Shown: positions 13,138-25,948 of the stretch, in pieces
Position numbering within the stretch: the stretch's first letter is position 1
How the letters are laid out: each line of letters starts with the position of its first letter
Origin: Camelus ferus
Lineage: Eukaryota
Assembly (NCBI RefSeq): GCF_009834535.1
Contig: NC_045696.1
Location: forward strand, 3,846,001-3,910,000
Length of the DNA: 64,000 nt
Direction: 5' to 3'
Notes under the pieces: model-generated
What the model was told of the DNA's origin: nothing
Database searches by the model: none
The model's input: only the letters and a program-made list of their open reading frames with translations
Made by a program: the position numbers and the translations under genes

Positions 13138-13900
13138 AGTCTACAAATAACAAATGCTGGAGAGGGTGTGGAGGAAACGGAGCCCTCCTACACTGCTGGT
13201 GGGAATGCAGTTTGGTGCAGCCATTGTGGAAAACAGTATGGAGGTTCCTTAAAAAACTAAAAATAGACTTATCCTACAATCCAGCAATCCCACTCCTGGA
13301 CTTACATCCAGAAAAGATGAAAACTCTATTTCAAAAAGATACATGCAACCCAATGTTTACAGCAGCGCTATTTACAATAGCCAAGATGTGGAAACAACCT
13401 AAATGTCCATCAACAGATGCATGAATAAAGATATGGTGTATATACAGTGGAATACTACTCAGCCATTAAAAAAGAATGAAATAATGCCACTTGCAGCAAC
13501 ATGGATGGACCTAGAAATTATCATACTAAGTGAAATAAGTCAGACAGAGAAAGACAAATATCATGTGATATCACTTATATGTGGAATCTAAAATAGGACA
13601 CAAATAAACTTACTTATGAAACAGAGAGTCACAGACATAGAAAAAAACTTATGGTTACCAAAAGGGAAAGGGAACCATGGAGGGATATGTTGGAATTTGG
13701 GATCAGCAGATACAAACCACTCCATATAAAATTGACAAACAACAAAGTCCCACTGTACAGCACAGGGAACTGTACTCCACATCCTATAATAAACCATAAT
13801 GAAAAAGAATATGTATACATGTATAACTGAGTCACTTTGCTGTACACTAGAAACTAACACAATATTGTAAATCAACTACACTTTGATAAAAGAAAGAAAA
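13138..13900 (+). mobile_element. 5'-truncated L1 (ORF2 C-terminus + 3'UTR + A-rich tail)
   Basis: ORF 13212-13424 [28 protein letters not shown]...[25 protein letters not shown] is L1 ORF2; degenerate TSD TAAAATCGATATTTTCTC (13120-13137) / TAAAATTGGTGTTTTCTC (13901-13918). Confidence 0.95.
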
Positions 13901-16900
13901 TAAAATTGGTGTTTTCTCCATTCTTCGACATTGGAGTACAGTGGTCACTTTTATTACACCAAGAAATTAATAAATAACGTCATATCTAAAACTGAATTAG
14001 AGTGAGTGGGCCCCACACCGAGCTTTGGGTCGTTGGAGAGGGGTCCCCAAACCCAGCCCGGTTTGGACACAGCCTTTGGGAGAAGGAATTTGAAAGGCCC
14101 GCTGACAATTGTTTGAAAGACCACGAGAGACATCATCCCACAGCAACCTGCCTATGTTTCCCAGACGGGGACCCTCCAGCTCACAATACCACCAGCCGAA
14201 CTGTGTTATCCGGGGGATGTACTTCACAGCAGAATTTTGGGGAAAGGAGAGGAGTGACGGGGAAAAAGGAAACGTGTTGCGTGTTAAGGGCAGTTTTTCG
14301 GCAGCAGGAAATAGGGGTGGTTATCTTGGAGCCACTGGGGATGATAAGTTATGCAAAAGGAAGAAGGCTTGGGGAAGGAGAGGGGGCACCCCGAGGAAGT
14401 CACACTGCACTAAACACCTGTCGAAAACCATTTGAAGAAAAAGCCGAGGAAAAGAAAACCCAACAGATGAGCAACAAGGAAGCAGCCTGGCATTGGGGGA
14501 GCTGCCCTTTGCTCTGCTTTCCACTGGACCAGTGACTCACATGCCACATGAGTCACCCCTGGAAACGGCGCATTTTGCTACACTCACTGGAGAAATACAA
14601 AAAGGTGTCACGGATGGGGCAAGTGCATTCTGGGCATTTCCTATGACATGGCAACAATGATTTACTGACTGGGGAGAGGTGAAGAGGACCCGAGTCACCG
14701 CTGGAAAAGCCAGACCTGGGGTGCACGCTGAGTTCAGGTCTGACTGCAAACCCCATGCACCTGGCCGGCCTCTGTCCGAAAAGAGACGGTGAGTCAATCC
14801 AGGATGAACCTAAATGTGAATTTGTAAACACTCACTTACCAGGAAAGCACGGTCCTTAAGCTGAAAATATGTATCAAGTCTAAAATCAGAGAGAATGTTA
14901 GTATCTATTTCTTTCTGGAAGGTATGTACAATGAAGCATAGTAGAAAAAGGCAATTTGGAATTGTTGCCTTTCCCTAATCTTTCATTTCAGGAGAGAAAG
15001 AGAGAGAGGGAGAGAGAAGGGAGAGGCACCTGTTGCAAATATTCCCGAGTGGAAACGCTCCCCCTCAGCCCCAGGCGGATGCCTCTTTTCCTCGTCCCTT
15101 CCCAGCTTCCTCGCTGCCTCTCACTCCTCGGTGGTGCTACTCCTTCCCCTTCCTCATCCCACCCCCGCGGAAGGTGCAGTCACCTGGGGATGCGCCACCC
15201 CTGGGGTTCTTCCCTGACCTGGCTCCCTCCAGGTCCTGCAGGATCTCTTTCCCGCCTTCCTGGCAAACTTCCCGAGCCCGCAGCTTCTCACAGCCCCCTG
15301 CCCCCGTGTCCAGCCGTCAGGTGTCCATCTAGACTTCGATGGAAATTGCTGGACACCTAACCACCGCCCAACCACCTAACCCCAACCGCCTCCCCAACAC
15401 CATCGCTTTGGGGGATTTAACATATAAATTTGGGGGACACAGACATTCAGACCATAGTGAGGTCAGAGTGGACACAGCAGACACAGGGCCACAGGGGACA
15501 GAGTGGACAGCATCTGCTGCCTGTAGGTGCCACGCCCCAGCGTTGGTGACCCACCAAGGCAGTGTTTCGTTGGATAAACAAGCCCAGCCCTTTAGGAGTT
15601 TTGGGTTGGGGAGGAGCTACAATGAGGGCAACGGTTCATAATTCTCTGTCCTATGGGCTGATTGTTGGGTTTGTTTGTTTTTTTTTTAAGTTTACTTTCT
15701 TATCTGTAAGACAAACTCTGCCAACACTGGATTTTGGTTAAAATGCAAAATGCTGTGAGCCATGAGTTGAGTCACCTGCCCAAGGCGACTGTCGATCCTG
15801 CTGGGGCTTCAGTGGTCTGTGCCCTTGGCCATGGGCCCTAGGAACCCAGGGGACAAAGGCTCATTCTGGCCACCACAGTGGGGGCCTCAATTCATCCCTG
15901 GCTCTCCCTGTCCGCCTGGTTTGGGGGGCAATGAGGATACCGCTGGGCGAGGCTAAGGCTGTCCTGGGACACAATCCTGTCCCTTCTTCAGAACTACTGT
16001 GATCTGGGCCAGAGTTGACCTTGAAAGCCCCTAATCTAGGAGGTGTTGGGGGGGTAAGGGGGGTAAGGGGGGCAGGGAGAGAGAGAGGGAGCAAGCCAGC
16101 GCTGTGCACTCCTTACCCTTAGATAAGAGTCGTGTTTGCAGCCCTGCCAGATTCTATTCAGGAAAACTGCCTGGAGTCAGGTGACCAATTCTGCCCCAGG
16201 TAGAACCAATCTACTACAGGGGGTCTGGGGGCCTTTCCCCATCTCACTGTGGCCACAGACCTCGGCTTCGGACAAACTCCAACTGTGTGAGTTTGCTGGT
16301 CCAGAGAGTCAGCCAATCCCAGATGTTCTGTGCCGACGGAAGCGCTCAGGATGTGGGATGCTGGCTGTCCAAGGTCACCCATCATGGGAGAATTTGGACC
16401 AGGAAGAGTCTGGTGAAGCAAGGAAGAAAGGAGTGGGGCTGAGTGGAACAGAGGGGATGGAGCAGAGGTCTGAGCACAGGCTGGGCTCTGCCCCGGTGCT
16501 GGGACCTGGGGAACCAGTAGCCTTGAAAGCCTGTTTCCCCATGTGTGAAGTGAGGAATCAAGGCGCTCCATGCTCCTTGGACACACACGAATGGCCCAGC
16601 TCTTGCAGCAGCATGCCATTAGCTGGGTCCCTGGGCAGCGCCGACAGTCATGGGCCCCTCGACCTGCAACTGGGTGACAGTTTTCATGGTGACAGCTGTC
16701 ACCCGAGGCCACCAAGTCTCCAGCAAAGCAGCATCGGTACTTGTGAAGTGTTCTGGGAAAGGACCGGTGGTAAATCATCGTTTCCTGTTCTTGTAGCAGT
16801 TACTCAGGTGTGCGGTGGATTTCAGGGCATCGGGGAAGTGACCCCAAGGATGTCAGCATTAGGAGAGACGCAGCCGAAGCACCTGCTGCTGGGGGGAGGG

Positions 16901-16944
16901 GGGAGCCGCGGGAGGAAGTGGCCAAACCTGCAGGGAGTGGTGTG

Positions 16945-17262
16945 TGGCATTTCTCAGAGTGTGGCCGCCCCACCTGCAACAGCTGTCCTGGGAGGCTGGT
17001 TTAAAATGCAGACTCCTGGGCCCCGTCCCAAACCCGCTGACTCGGAGCCTCAGAGGGTCAGACCAGGCAATCTGCATTTTTAAGCTTTTCTGGGGGGGAA
17101 GGTAATTAGGTTTATTTATTTTTTTAACGGAGGCACTGGGGATTGAACCCAGGACCTCTGGCATGCTAAGCCTGTGCTCACCACTGAGCTGTACCCCGCC
17201 GGGAATCTGCATTTTAACACCACAGGCTTAGGGGGGTTTCATGCACGTTCAGGTGTGAAAAC
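16945..17262. mobile_element. MER5A-like hAT-Charlie element, split by a SINE
   Basis: TTCTCAGAGTGTGG...AAATGCAGACTCCTGGGCCCC...AATCTGCATTTTAAC...ATGCACGTTCAGGTGTGAAAAC. Confidence 0.75.
17084..17203 (-). mobile_element. Camelid Vic-1-type tRNA-derived SINE
   Basis: Reverse complement GGGGTACAGCTCAGTGG...GGTCCTGGGTTCAATCCCCAGTGCCTCC...AAATAAACCTAATTACC has A and B boxes; TSD AATCTGCATTTT(T)AA at 17069-17083 and 17204-17217. Confidence 0.9.
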
Positions 17263-17380
17263 AACAACAAGCTGGGCGGCAAAGTCTGACTTATAAAAGT
17301 CAAACCCGTCCAGGTTGGCCAGCTCTTATCCTATTTTAGTGAAAAATGCTCACCTAAGTCAGCCCAGAAATGCCCTTGGT

Positions 17381-17424
17381 GTAGACAGCCGTGTCCACGG
17401 GCGTAGACAGCCGCGTCCACGGGC
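17381..17424. repeat. 22-bp tandem duplication
   Basis: GTAGACAGCCGTGTCCACGGGC / GTAGACAGCCGCGTCCACGGGC, one CpG-type mismatch. Confidence 0.95.
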
Positions 17425-18849
17425 ATGGCGGTTTAAGCCCCCTGGGTAAACCCTCTCCTATCAGCTTGCCTTCCGGTTCCCAGTGTCATCGTCTGACTCC
17501 TTAGGTGTTCACGTTTGCAGGGCTTGTTCCAAGAATGGTGATTGAGACTGACTCCAGGCTTCAGGCCACGGATGTTTTCTTACCCTTTCTGGGCTTGTTT
17601 ACGGCAGGGCAAGAGTCCACGCACAGGGAACACTCCACGTAAGTGCTCGTTGAAATCGATTAAAATGAAGCACTTGGACAAAAGTCACTAGGCATCTGTG
17701 GAAGCCCCAGATAATCGCCTTATCTTCCGAAACCACTCAATGCTTTCTCGAGAACCCATTATCAAATTATTTTATAACCGCACATACATACACATGGGCT
17801 TCCCGGAGATAACCTCACCAAACAATGAACAACAAACTGATTTGTCCAAAGTTCCCCCAGTAAAACCACAGCTGAGATAAGAGTTCTGAGCCACCATCCG
17901 CCTCCAGTGAGCTACCAGTCGTTCCAGTTGGGAAAAGCGGAAGTAAGCTCAGAAAAAAAATATGAGTGAGCAATTATTTAAATTAATCATGAATTCTCTA
18001 GACAGTGCCAAAGTTCAGAAAGTGTGAATGTGGTTCATGCACGAATTCTTTATCTAAGATAATTGTGAAAATGAGCCATCTTTATACCTTCTCAAGGGCT
18101 CAGCGACCCATTATTTCTAAGAGGCTTCAGTACAGTTCACTGGACTCAATGCTTCTTGGTCCTTGGCCCAGAGAATCCCTAATTCAGGGATCCTCAAACT
18201 TGGCTGAAAGCTCCTATCAGAGAGGCCTCACCCCTTATTGATCAAAGCAGCACCCCAGGGAGTGAACCCCAAGCACTAACAGGTTTAAAACATTCCCCAG
18301 GTATTCCCAACAGGCAGCCAGACTGCAGTCCACCCCGTCATAGAATCACACCTCTGAACTGCGCCTTCTCCCCCAAACAGATGTAAATTCCCTGGCAAAT
18401 GAATGAGAAAAATTCACCTGGGATAGAATGAACCAAGTGAAATTCAGATTCTCCAATAGCTGTCTCACCAGAACCAACGAAGCTGTTGCCAGGAGTCCTA
18501 ATTTCCCCCAGACAATAGCGAGTTGCATTAGCTGATGCGGTTTACTGATTCCCGTGCTCTTGTTTTAACCTCCCCTGTATTTGCTTTCCTTCTTCCTGAA
18601 GTTACTAGGTAGCACAGTGATTTCAGTCTTGGCTGAACGTTGGCACGACCTAGCGAGCCCGAAAACTACCAACGCCTGCTTCCGGAGCGTGGCCCGGGCA
18701 CTGGAGTTTAGGGTTTTCCCCAGGTGCTTCCGTGGGTATCCAAGGTGGAGAGTCACTGACTTTGTAGTTCCTTCATCAAAAGCCTCCGTTAAACTCTTCA
18801 CTCTTAATAAGTCTGAAGTTGTTCTTTTGCGCTCAGTCTTCATAACCAT

Positions 18850-19620
18850 TTGCTTGTTGATAGAATTCCAGGTTGAAGGTCGTTTTCCTCTGCCTTTTGA
18901 AGTTTCCACTCACTGTTTTCTATCCTGAATATTGAGGTGTCAGCTTTTAGTCTATCATTCCTTTGTGTAGGCCACCTACCTTCTTCCTCTCTGCCACCCT
19001 TTAGATTTTCTCTTTTCCTTTGTTCTGCATTTTTACTGCGATGCATCTGACTGTGGGCTTATTTTATTCTCCTACTTGCTTCTCTGTGTTATCTTTCTGC
19101 TTGGAATCCCATATCTTTCTTCAACTTTGGAAAATTCCCTTCTAGGACAAGTTGGAGAGCTCCTCCGTTCTCTCCCGTATTCTCTAGTCCTGGACCTGCT
19201 ATCAGATGCGTGCTGCAAGGTCTCATTTCATGGCCATGTTATTTAAGTCTCTTCCCCATTTTTTATCTGTTTATCTCTGTCCCGCCGGCATTCATTCCTT
19301 GGTACAATCTTCTGTTTCACTAATTGTCTCTTTAACTGTGTCCACGTTAGGGTTTATCCTGTGTATTAAGTTGTTTATCTCAATATTGATTTTATTTTCT
19401 AAATTCCAGGGTTTCCAAGTGTCCATTCTTTTATCCACTTCTTCTTGATTGACAGCTGCTTGAGTCATTTCACAGAATCCTAATTTTTGGTCATTTCTGT
19501 TTTGGTCCTTCCCTCTGTCTCATTGAAGGGCACACACAGCATGTTAAAGTCCTTTGATGACTGCTGAACTCTGGATTTCCTCGGAGCATCCTTCCCGTTG
19601 TTACACTTACTGGAAATGTT
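18850..19620 (-). mobile_element. Ancient L1 ORF1-region remnant
   Basis: GATAGAATTCCAGGTTGAAGG, TTCAACTTTGGAAAATT, CACTAATTGTCTCTTTAACTGTGTC: antisense L1M ORF1-like text. Confidence 0.5.
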
Positions 19621-20029
19621 TTCAAGGCATTTCTTTCCCCTACACTTTGAAACATGATTTTGCGTCTCCTGCTGGTTTGTTTGTTTGGCTTCCTCTTCCT
19701 CCTGGCATCCTGTTACTGCTGGCAGGCTCATGGTTAACTCACCTGCAACTCCACCACCTTCCCAGGTCAAGCAAGCAGCCCTTGCCAAAAGCAGTCCCGC
19801 TTTCTGTTCACGGGAGGAAGCCCTGCTCCTGTTCTTTCTTCCCTAGTGTGAGCTGGCTCCCGGGTGCCTCTGGTGTCCTTTCCCATTTAGGGCGTGAAGT
19901 CCTGGTGGCCCTGCCTGTGTCAGGGCCTGGACACCAATAGGCTGGTAGCTTCTGCCTCTTCTCTTGAGTTTCCTCATTCAGTTTTGTGCCCATAACGTTT
20001 TTTTTAAATGTGCACATAAAATACTTTAT

Positions 20030-21050
20030 GTCTGTTAGGATACTTTGGGGTGCAAGAAACAGAAAGCCCAATTTAAAGTAACTTTAAAACAAGGAAAGTT
20101 ACTTGTCCTGCAGCTGCACGTCCGGCAGTTCTTGCCCGATCATCCTACACTGCGCTGGAAGTTTCCACTTGCCCCTCCAGACTGTCCCAGCCCTCCCTGT
20201 GCTGCCGGACAGACTCCCAGCGAAATCTGGCTAATGAGGAACATGAGCAGGAGAGCCCAACAGGAGAGGGGAGTGAGGACGGTATCTCCTCTCCCACTTC
20301 CCCCCTTGCAGGGACCCCCGCAGGCCGGCTGCAGCCCACGGACGGGCCCAACCCCTCTGAGAAGGCCATCCCCACAGAGCCCCTCTGCCTCCAGGTTCCA
20401 GACTTCTCCTCCTCTCTTTCAGGACTTGGTGGAGTTGGGGGCGGGGGCAGAAGGCAGGAGGAGACAGCACCCCCCACTGGTACTATCTTTACGGGGGCAT
20501 TGAACTTAACTCTTCTGCACTTTTTCAAGCAGTTGCTTTATTAAACTCTCTTCAGATCATTCCTATTTCAACGTGCCACCTATTGGGAATTTGCCTGAAA
20601 AAAAGTCACCAGAGATCAGGGCCTTTTTGTGTCTCCAATCTGCCATCCAGAGTATGAGCTCCCTCCTGAAGGTGGTTGGCTGTCAGATGGTTGTGGGCAG
20701 TCATTGTGAGTCCACGGTAACATCCAGTGAGAGAGAAAGAGGCCATCTCTTTAGACAATACAGAATCTTTTCCAGAAGCCACCAGCCAACTTCCCTGGAT
20801 GTTTCACTGGCCGTAGTCAGTCTCACGTCCATTCCTGAGCCAGTCCCTCTCCACCAAGGAAATGCCATGTGTTGACTGGCTTAGACAAGGTCGTTCTGAC
20901 CAATTGCTGTTGAAGAAGCTGGAGTTTCTATGATTGGCTTAGATTCCCTAGCTCTGAGACCCACCCGCCAATCGTAGGGCTGCTGCCACAATGCGGCAGG
21001 GGTGGGATGAGTGACAAGGAGATAACCATCCTCTCTGCCACATTTGGAGA
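20030..21050. mobile_element. Old LTR mosaic (MLT1K/L-like, interrupted by an LTR16/MLT-like piece at ~20130-20520)
   Basis: TGTTAGGATACTTTGGGGTGCAAGAAACAGAAA start; CACTGGCCGTAGTCAGTCTCACGTCC...GACTGGCTTAGAC body. Confidence 0.45.
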
Positions 21051-21664
21051 GGACAGAGGAGGACATGGTGAATCTGAAGGTGTGTTTCCATGACAACTCC
21101 CTTGACCACGTGGCTCTGCAGTCTACAGAATTTTGTGGTTCAGAAGATACCTCTTATTTGAAAGTAATGGCTCCTAAACCCTTCATAAGTCCCCAAATCC
21201 AAGACTACAGCCAACACACAAAATGCCTTTAGTCTCCTTTCCTGAAACAGAATGAATATCACAGTGTTGCTTTGAAGACTGAACATGATCTGGTGTCCCA
21301 TGAGGACATCCACGCCGGGTGGGGAGGCAGTGGCCACCATCAGGCACCGCTCTGTGCGTGGCCCCTCTGACTTGGTGTGGCCATGGCAACAGTCCAAGGA
21401 CAATGTTCAGAGCCTTGGAGGATGGCTTATGACAGGCCAAAGGCAGCCTGAGTGCCGAGTGTTGTGTATCACACCCTCTGTCCTTTCCTGTGGAACTGAA
21501 CCTTGAGGTGATTTTTGTTTCCAGATTTATCACTTAAGTACTTGTCTTCGTGAGAAGAAAAATGAGCAGTTACATGAACCATTTTAGATCATCGTATACA
21601 ACAATAAAAAGATGACTATATACGGGGCATATGCATTTAATAAAGCTTAAGCTTAATTTAAAAA

Positions 21665-21885
21665 ATTTAACATATACACACTACTGTATATAAAAAAGAT
21701 AAACAACAAGGTCCTACTGTACAGCACAGGGCACTATATTCAATATCCTGTAATAGCTTTTCCCTAATGGAAAAGAATCTGAAAAAGAATATATATATGT
21801 ATGTGTAACTGAATCACTTTGCTGTACACCTGAAAGTAACATAACATTGTAAATCAACTATGCTTCAATAAAACAAGCAAACAAA
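21665..21885 (+). mobile_element. Short L1 3'UTR fragment
   Basis: ACACTACTGTATATAAAA...AACAACAAGGTCCTACTGTACAGCACAGGG...AAATCAACTATGCTTCAATAAAA, same family as 13138-13900; AAAAATTTAA flanks both sides. Confidence 0.9.
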
Positions 21886-21965
21886 AATTTAAAGCTTTAC
21901 CTGCTCTCCTGGGGGTATCTTGACCTAGAGAACAGAGTTGTAGAAAAGAAAACAAAGGATGACAG

Positions 21966-21966
<1 letters not shown>

Positions 21967-22000
<34 letters not shown>
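21967..22000. repeat. (TG)n microsatellite
   Basis: About 17 TG units followed by a degenerate TG/CA-rich tract to ~22165. Confidence 0.95.
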
Positions 22001-22001
<1 letters not shown>

Positions 22002-24294
22002 TCAGGTTTGAGCACAGGTACACATATGAAGCAAAATGAATGCATATGTATATATAGCTGGGTGTGCACACCTGAGCCCATAAGCGTGCGTGTGCTTTGG
22101 CATGTGGGCATGTGTGTGAACTCCTGTGTGTGTATGTGCACATAGCTGCACTCTCCACTGTGCATATATCTCCCGGGCGCCTAGAAATCCAAAGGAGAAT
22201 AGAATTTAAAGATCACAAATCTCACAATCTCTTTTGCTCCCAATCTGAATTTAATTAGCGCAAAAGACCCAGAAGGCTACCAACATCTGCCCACTGTCAT
22301 TCCGCAGCAGGAAAAACTTGGTGAAAACAACAGCAAAAATGGAGAGAGGTAAATATTCAACTTGCCCTAGAAGTGTATCTGAATCATTGATTTATGCCTT
22401 CGCTGGAGAAGGATGTCAACGTCTGCATGGTGCTCGATATTGTTAACAACGCTCTATCTATAAAGCTTCAGATGATGTCTCAAATCCCCCGGCGGTTTCA
22501 GCATACTGATCTTGAGAGAATTTTGCAGACACTTTAATTTGTGCAGACTCACAGGCAGCACATCGTTACGGCCCCAACAAGCTCCCTGGGCGTGCGGTCT
22601 CCATCCACATCTGCCCATCAGGAAGGGTTTGGGGAACACCTATGAAGTCCAAGGCACAGGGTTTAGTTATTAGAAAATTCTAGACCAAAAATCCTATGGC
22701 TGTACCACTCTTCAAATAACCAAACAACTCAAAATAAGTTAAATTGATAATTTAAAAAGCTTAACAAAACAGTAACAGCTTGATAGCGGCAACTGAAAAC
22801 AACTGCCAACTCAACACAACACAAATGATGCCAAGAAATAAAAACCTCTGGAAATCACCATCAGAGCACAGATCCCTAAATAAGCGTTTTCCCTAAAAAA
22901 TTCAACCCCCAGTAAAGATCAGGTTGTCTTCTCTTTAAGTTCTTATTAAGTTTCTCACATTGTAAGGCACTCATAATTGCTTTTTAAAGTAATGTTGTTA
23001 TTGTGAAATATAACACCAGATCTTTTTTTTTTTTCTTTTTACAAAAAGCCAGCTTCTTCTCCCTGGAAGCACAATAACCTGAAATGACCTGGATCAGGGG
23101 TTGGTTGGGATGCTTGGAGTAGTCACCTGGTTGAATCACTCACAGAAGATAAAGAAGAAAAGACAGAGACGGAATTATTCCAGAAGGTATGACCTCACAC
23201 TCAGGGACCCAGGGTGTTAAATAAGCCTTTTAAAGACCACATTAAAAACAGAAGGGTATCTAGGTTATGTAAAGTCACCTACAAAAGGAATGAAAAAGAA
23301 ACAATGTTCTAATGTTTTGTCAACAGATTCAGTTTGGGATAGTTTCTAGTGACAGCCCTCTGCCTGAGCCAGCTTGCTGTAACTCAAAGAAATTAGACAG
23401 ACAAACCAAAAACCACATGAGTACCCCGGAAAACTATCAGCTAGAAAGCGGTGGCTTCCATGGCGGGGAAACTGGATGACAAATTTGTAAGTCACAAGTT
23501 GGAACAAAACGGCTTCATCCAAAGGGAGCGTGAAAAGTCAGCAATATGGTCAGCTGGAATTTATACAGGTGGTGTCTGATATTTTATGGTGTGTAATGAA
23601 ATTAAAACATTTTATATTTTAAGTAGAGTTTTGACTATTTCTTCTGGGTCATTAAACCTTTTCTGGATTTTCTCATATGAAAATGTCTCTAACAGCCAGT
23701 GTCCCCTATCTCCGAGGACATGGGCAGCCTCTTGAGTTTAGGGGAAGCAGGAGACACTCTGGGCTTCTGCATTTTTAGTAAATGAGCAACTTGCTAATTT
23801 TCTTCTAGGACCTACAAAACCTTAGTAATCTTTAACCATTCGTTTCATAGGCTACAAGTAAACCACCCGTTATTTTACACAAAAAGCAAAGTCAACGCAA
23901 TTAGGCCTCTTTTTCAGGTAAGAACCACAGACAGGTTCATTCTCTCTGCCCACGTTAGTCCTCCAGGAGAGAGAAACTTTGAGTTTGGGGGAGTAGATGG
24001 GCCAGTGCGGGAACAGAGAGGGCAGAGGGCGGGACAGGAACCCCACCAGTCTGAGACGTGGAGATGCTTGTAAATCTTTGCTCAGAGCCCCTCTCCTATT
24101 GAAAAGTCCCTTCCCCTCCCTTGCAATAGCCTTTCAAATACAGTCTCTCCTTTCTACATCCAGATGTCATTTGTTTTTAATTTGACAATATGTATTTATA
24201 GCTTTGGGGATTAAACTGTCCTGCTTCCTTAGAAGAAAATGTAGTTTTTAAATAACCTGCAACATAGGGTACCGAGTGTCAAAAATAGCTCTGG

Positions 24295-25622
24295 AAAGAA
24301 ATGCAAATGGCCAAGAGGCACATGAAAAGATGCTCATCACTAATTATCAGGGAATGCAAGTCAAAACCACAATGAGCTATCACCTCACACCTGCTAGAAT
24401 GGCCATCATCAAAAACACCCAAAACCCCACAAATGTTGACAAGGATACGGAGACAAGGGAACCATCATATTCTGTTTGTGGGAAAGTAAATTGGTGCAGC
24501 CACTGTGGAAAACAGTATGAAGCTTTCTCAAAAAACTGAAACTGGAACTACCATGTGACCCAGCAATCCCACTCCTGGGTATGTATCTGAAAAAAAAAAA
24601 TTAATTCAAAAAGACATATGCACCCCAGTGTTTGCAGCAGCACTATTTACAATAGCAAAGATATGGACGCAACCTAAGTGTCCATCCACAGATGACTGGA
24701 TAAATAAGATGTGGTATATTTATGCAATGGAATACTACTCAGCCATAAAGAAGAATGAAGTAATGCCATTTGCAGCAACATGGATGGATCTGGAGATCAT
24801 CATTCTAAAGGAAGTAAGTCAGAGAAAGACAAATATCGTATGATATCACTTATATGTGGAATCTAAGTATGATACAACTGACAAATACAAACCAGAAATA
24901 GACTCACAGACATAGACAACAACTCACGGTTACCAAAAGAGAAGGGGTAGGATAAATTGGGAGTTTGGGATTGAGACAGAATGGAAGGGGGCAGGGCACA
25001 GCCATTCAAGGAATGCTACAGCAATTAACATCCAAATGGTGAAAGATTCAACCCCCAGTAGGCCTTGAGGCTCAAGATGATGGGAGATTTAATTTCTAGT
25101 AGATCTTGAGCTACGTTATGCACTCATTGAAATATATTAACATGGTAAGTAACACGCCTACAGGCACCCTGGCAGTCCCAAGGCTAGACACAAAAGGTCA
25201 AAGAGTGGGAAATGGCCAGATTCCTGGGAATCCCAGTCCCTTCCACAGGCTACTTAGACTGGCCCTTCCACTTATTAGCATATGAAGCCACCAAGCCCAT
25301 GAAAACTAGCAACACAGCGCCTGGAGGCCGCCTCTCTCTCTCCCTCTTCAGAGATGGCCCACATTCTGTCAATGGAATGTGTACCTACTTTTAATCTGAG
25401 CACGCAACCCCCACACCTCTTGGACTTTCTTTTGCCTTTCAATGTATCTCTCTGAATAAATCTACCTTCACTCAACTGTGGCTTGCTCTTGGATTCTTTC
25501 CTGCATGAAGCCAAGGACCCACACATGGCGGGGCACGTCCCAGGGGCTCAACGGAAGCCTGGGACACGGCCCTCCTCACGCCCCACGCCTGTTTTCCTGC
25601 ATCAGGATTAACATACACACCA
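24295..25622 (+). mobile_element. L1 ORF2 C-terminus + 3'UTR, interrupted by an LTR at 24972-25604
   Basis: ORF 24628-24843 [59 protein letters not shown]; the 3'UTR text GGGAGTTTGGGAT resumes as TAACATACACAC after the LTR. Confidence 0.92.
24972..25604 (+). mobile_element. MER41-like ERV1 solo LTR
   Basis: TG...CA termini, 4-bp TSD GGAT (24968-24971 / 25605-25608), AATAAA; body TTAGCATATGAA...CCATGAAAACTAGCAAC and AATAAATCTACCTTCACT...GATTCTTTCCTGCATGAAGCCAAGGACCC resembles recalled MER41. Confidence 0.8.
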
Positions 25623-25948
25623 CTCATCTTTGACGTCTTTCACCTGCTGGGCCGGAATCATGTGATGTAAGCCAGGCTGCCAGGTTCCTGTCTCTGCCAC
25701 AGGTTCACTGGCTGTGTGACCCAGGACAGGTCATGACACCCCTCTGCCCTGGTCTCCTCACCTGCTGGGTGCGCTGCAGGGTGTCCATCCCGGGGCTGAG
25801 AGGATTCCTGGGCTCTGTCAGTGGGGTCTCTAGCAGCATGTGGCAGACACGAGGGGCTCCCTCTGAGTGTTAAATAATGATTCAACAGGCTTTCAAGGAT
25901 CTCTGCCTGACAACCCACTCAGGTCCCTCATCTGCTCGGGTTTAAAGC

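Noticed and set aside
16136..17083. Longest ORF in the track (315 aa)
   Set aside because: No recognisable domain, non-ATG start, and its 3' part runs through a MER5A transposon; consistent with chance in GC-rich DNA
17120..17200. tRNA gene (A/B boxes; also at ~32460 and ~62910)
   Set aside because: Followed by SINE-specific body and tail, with a TSD at one copy; these are SINEs, not tRNAs
17381..17424. CRISPR-like direct repeat
   Set aside because: Only two adjacent copies with no spacer, in a mammalian genome
23326..23487. Exon-like segment (CAACAG acceptor, GTAAGT donor)
   Set aside because: The longest frame I translated ends in a stop and resembles nothing I recognise; splice-like motifs alone are insufficient without RNA data
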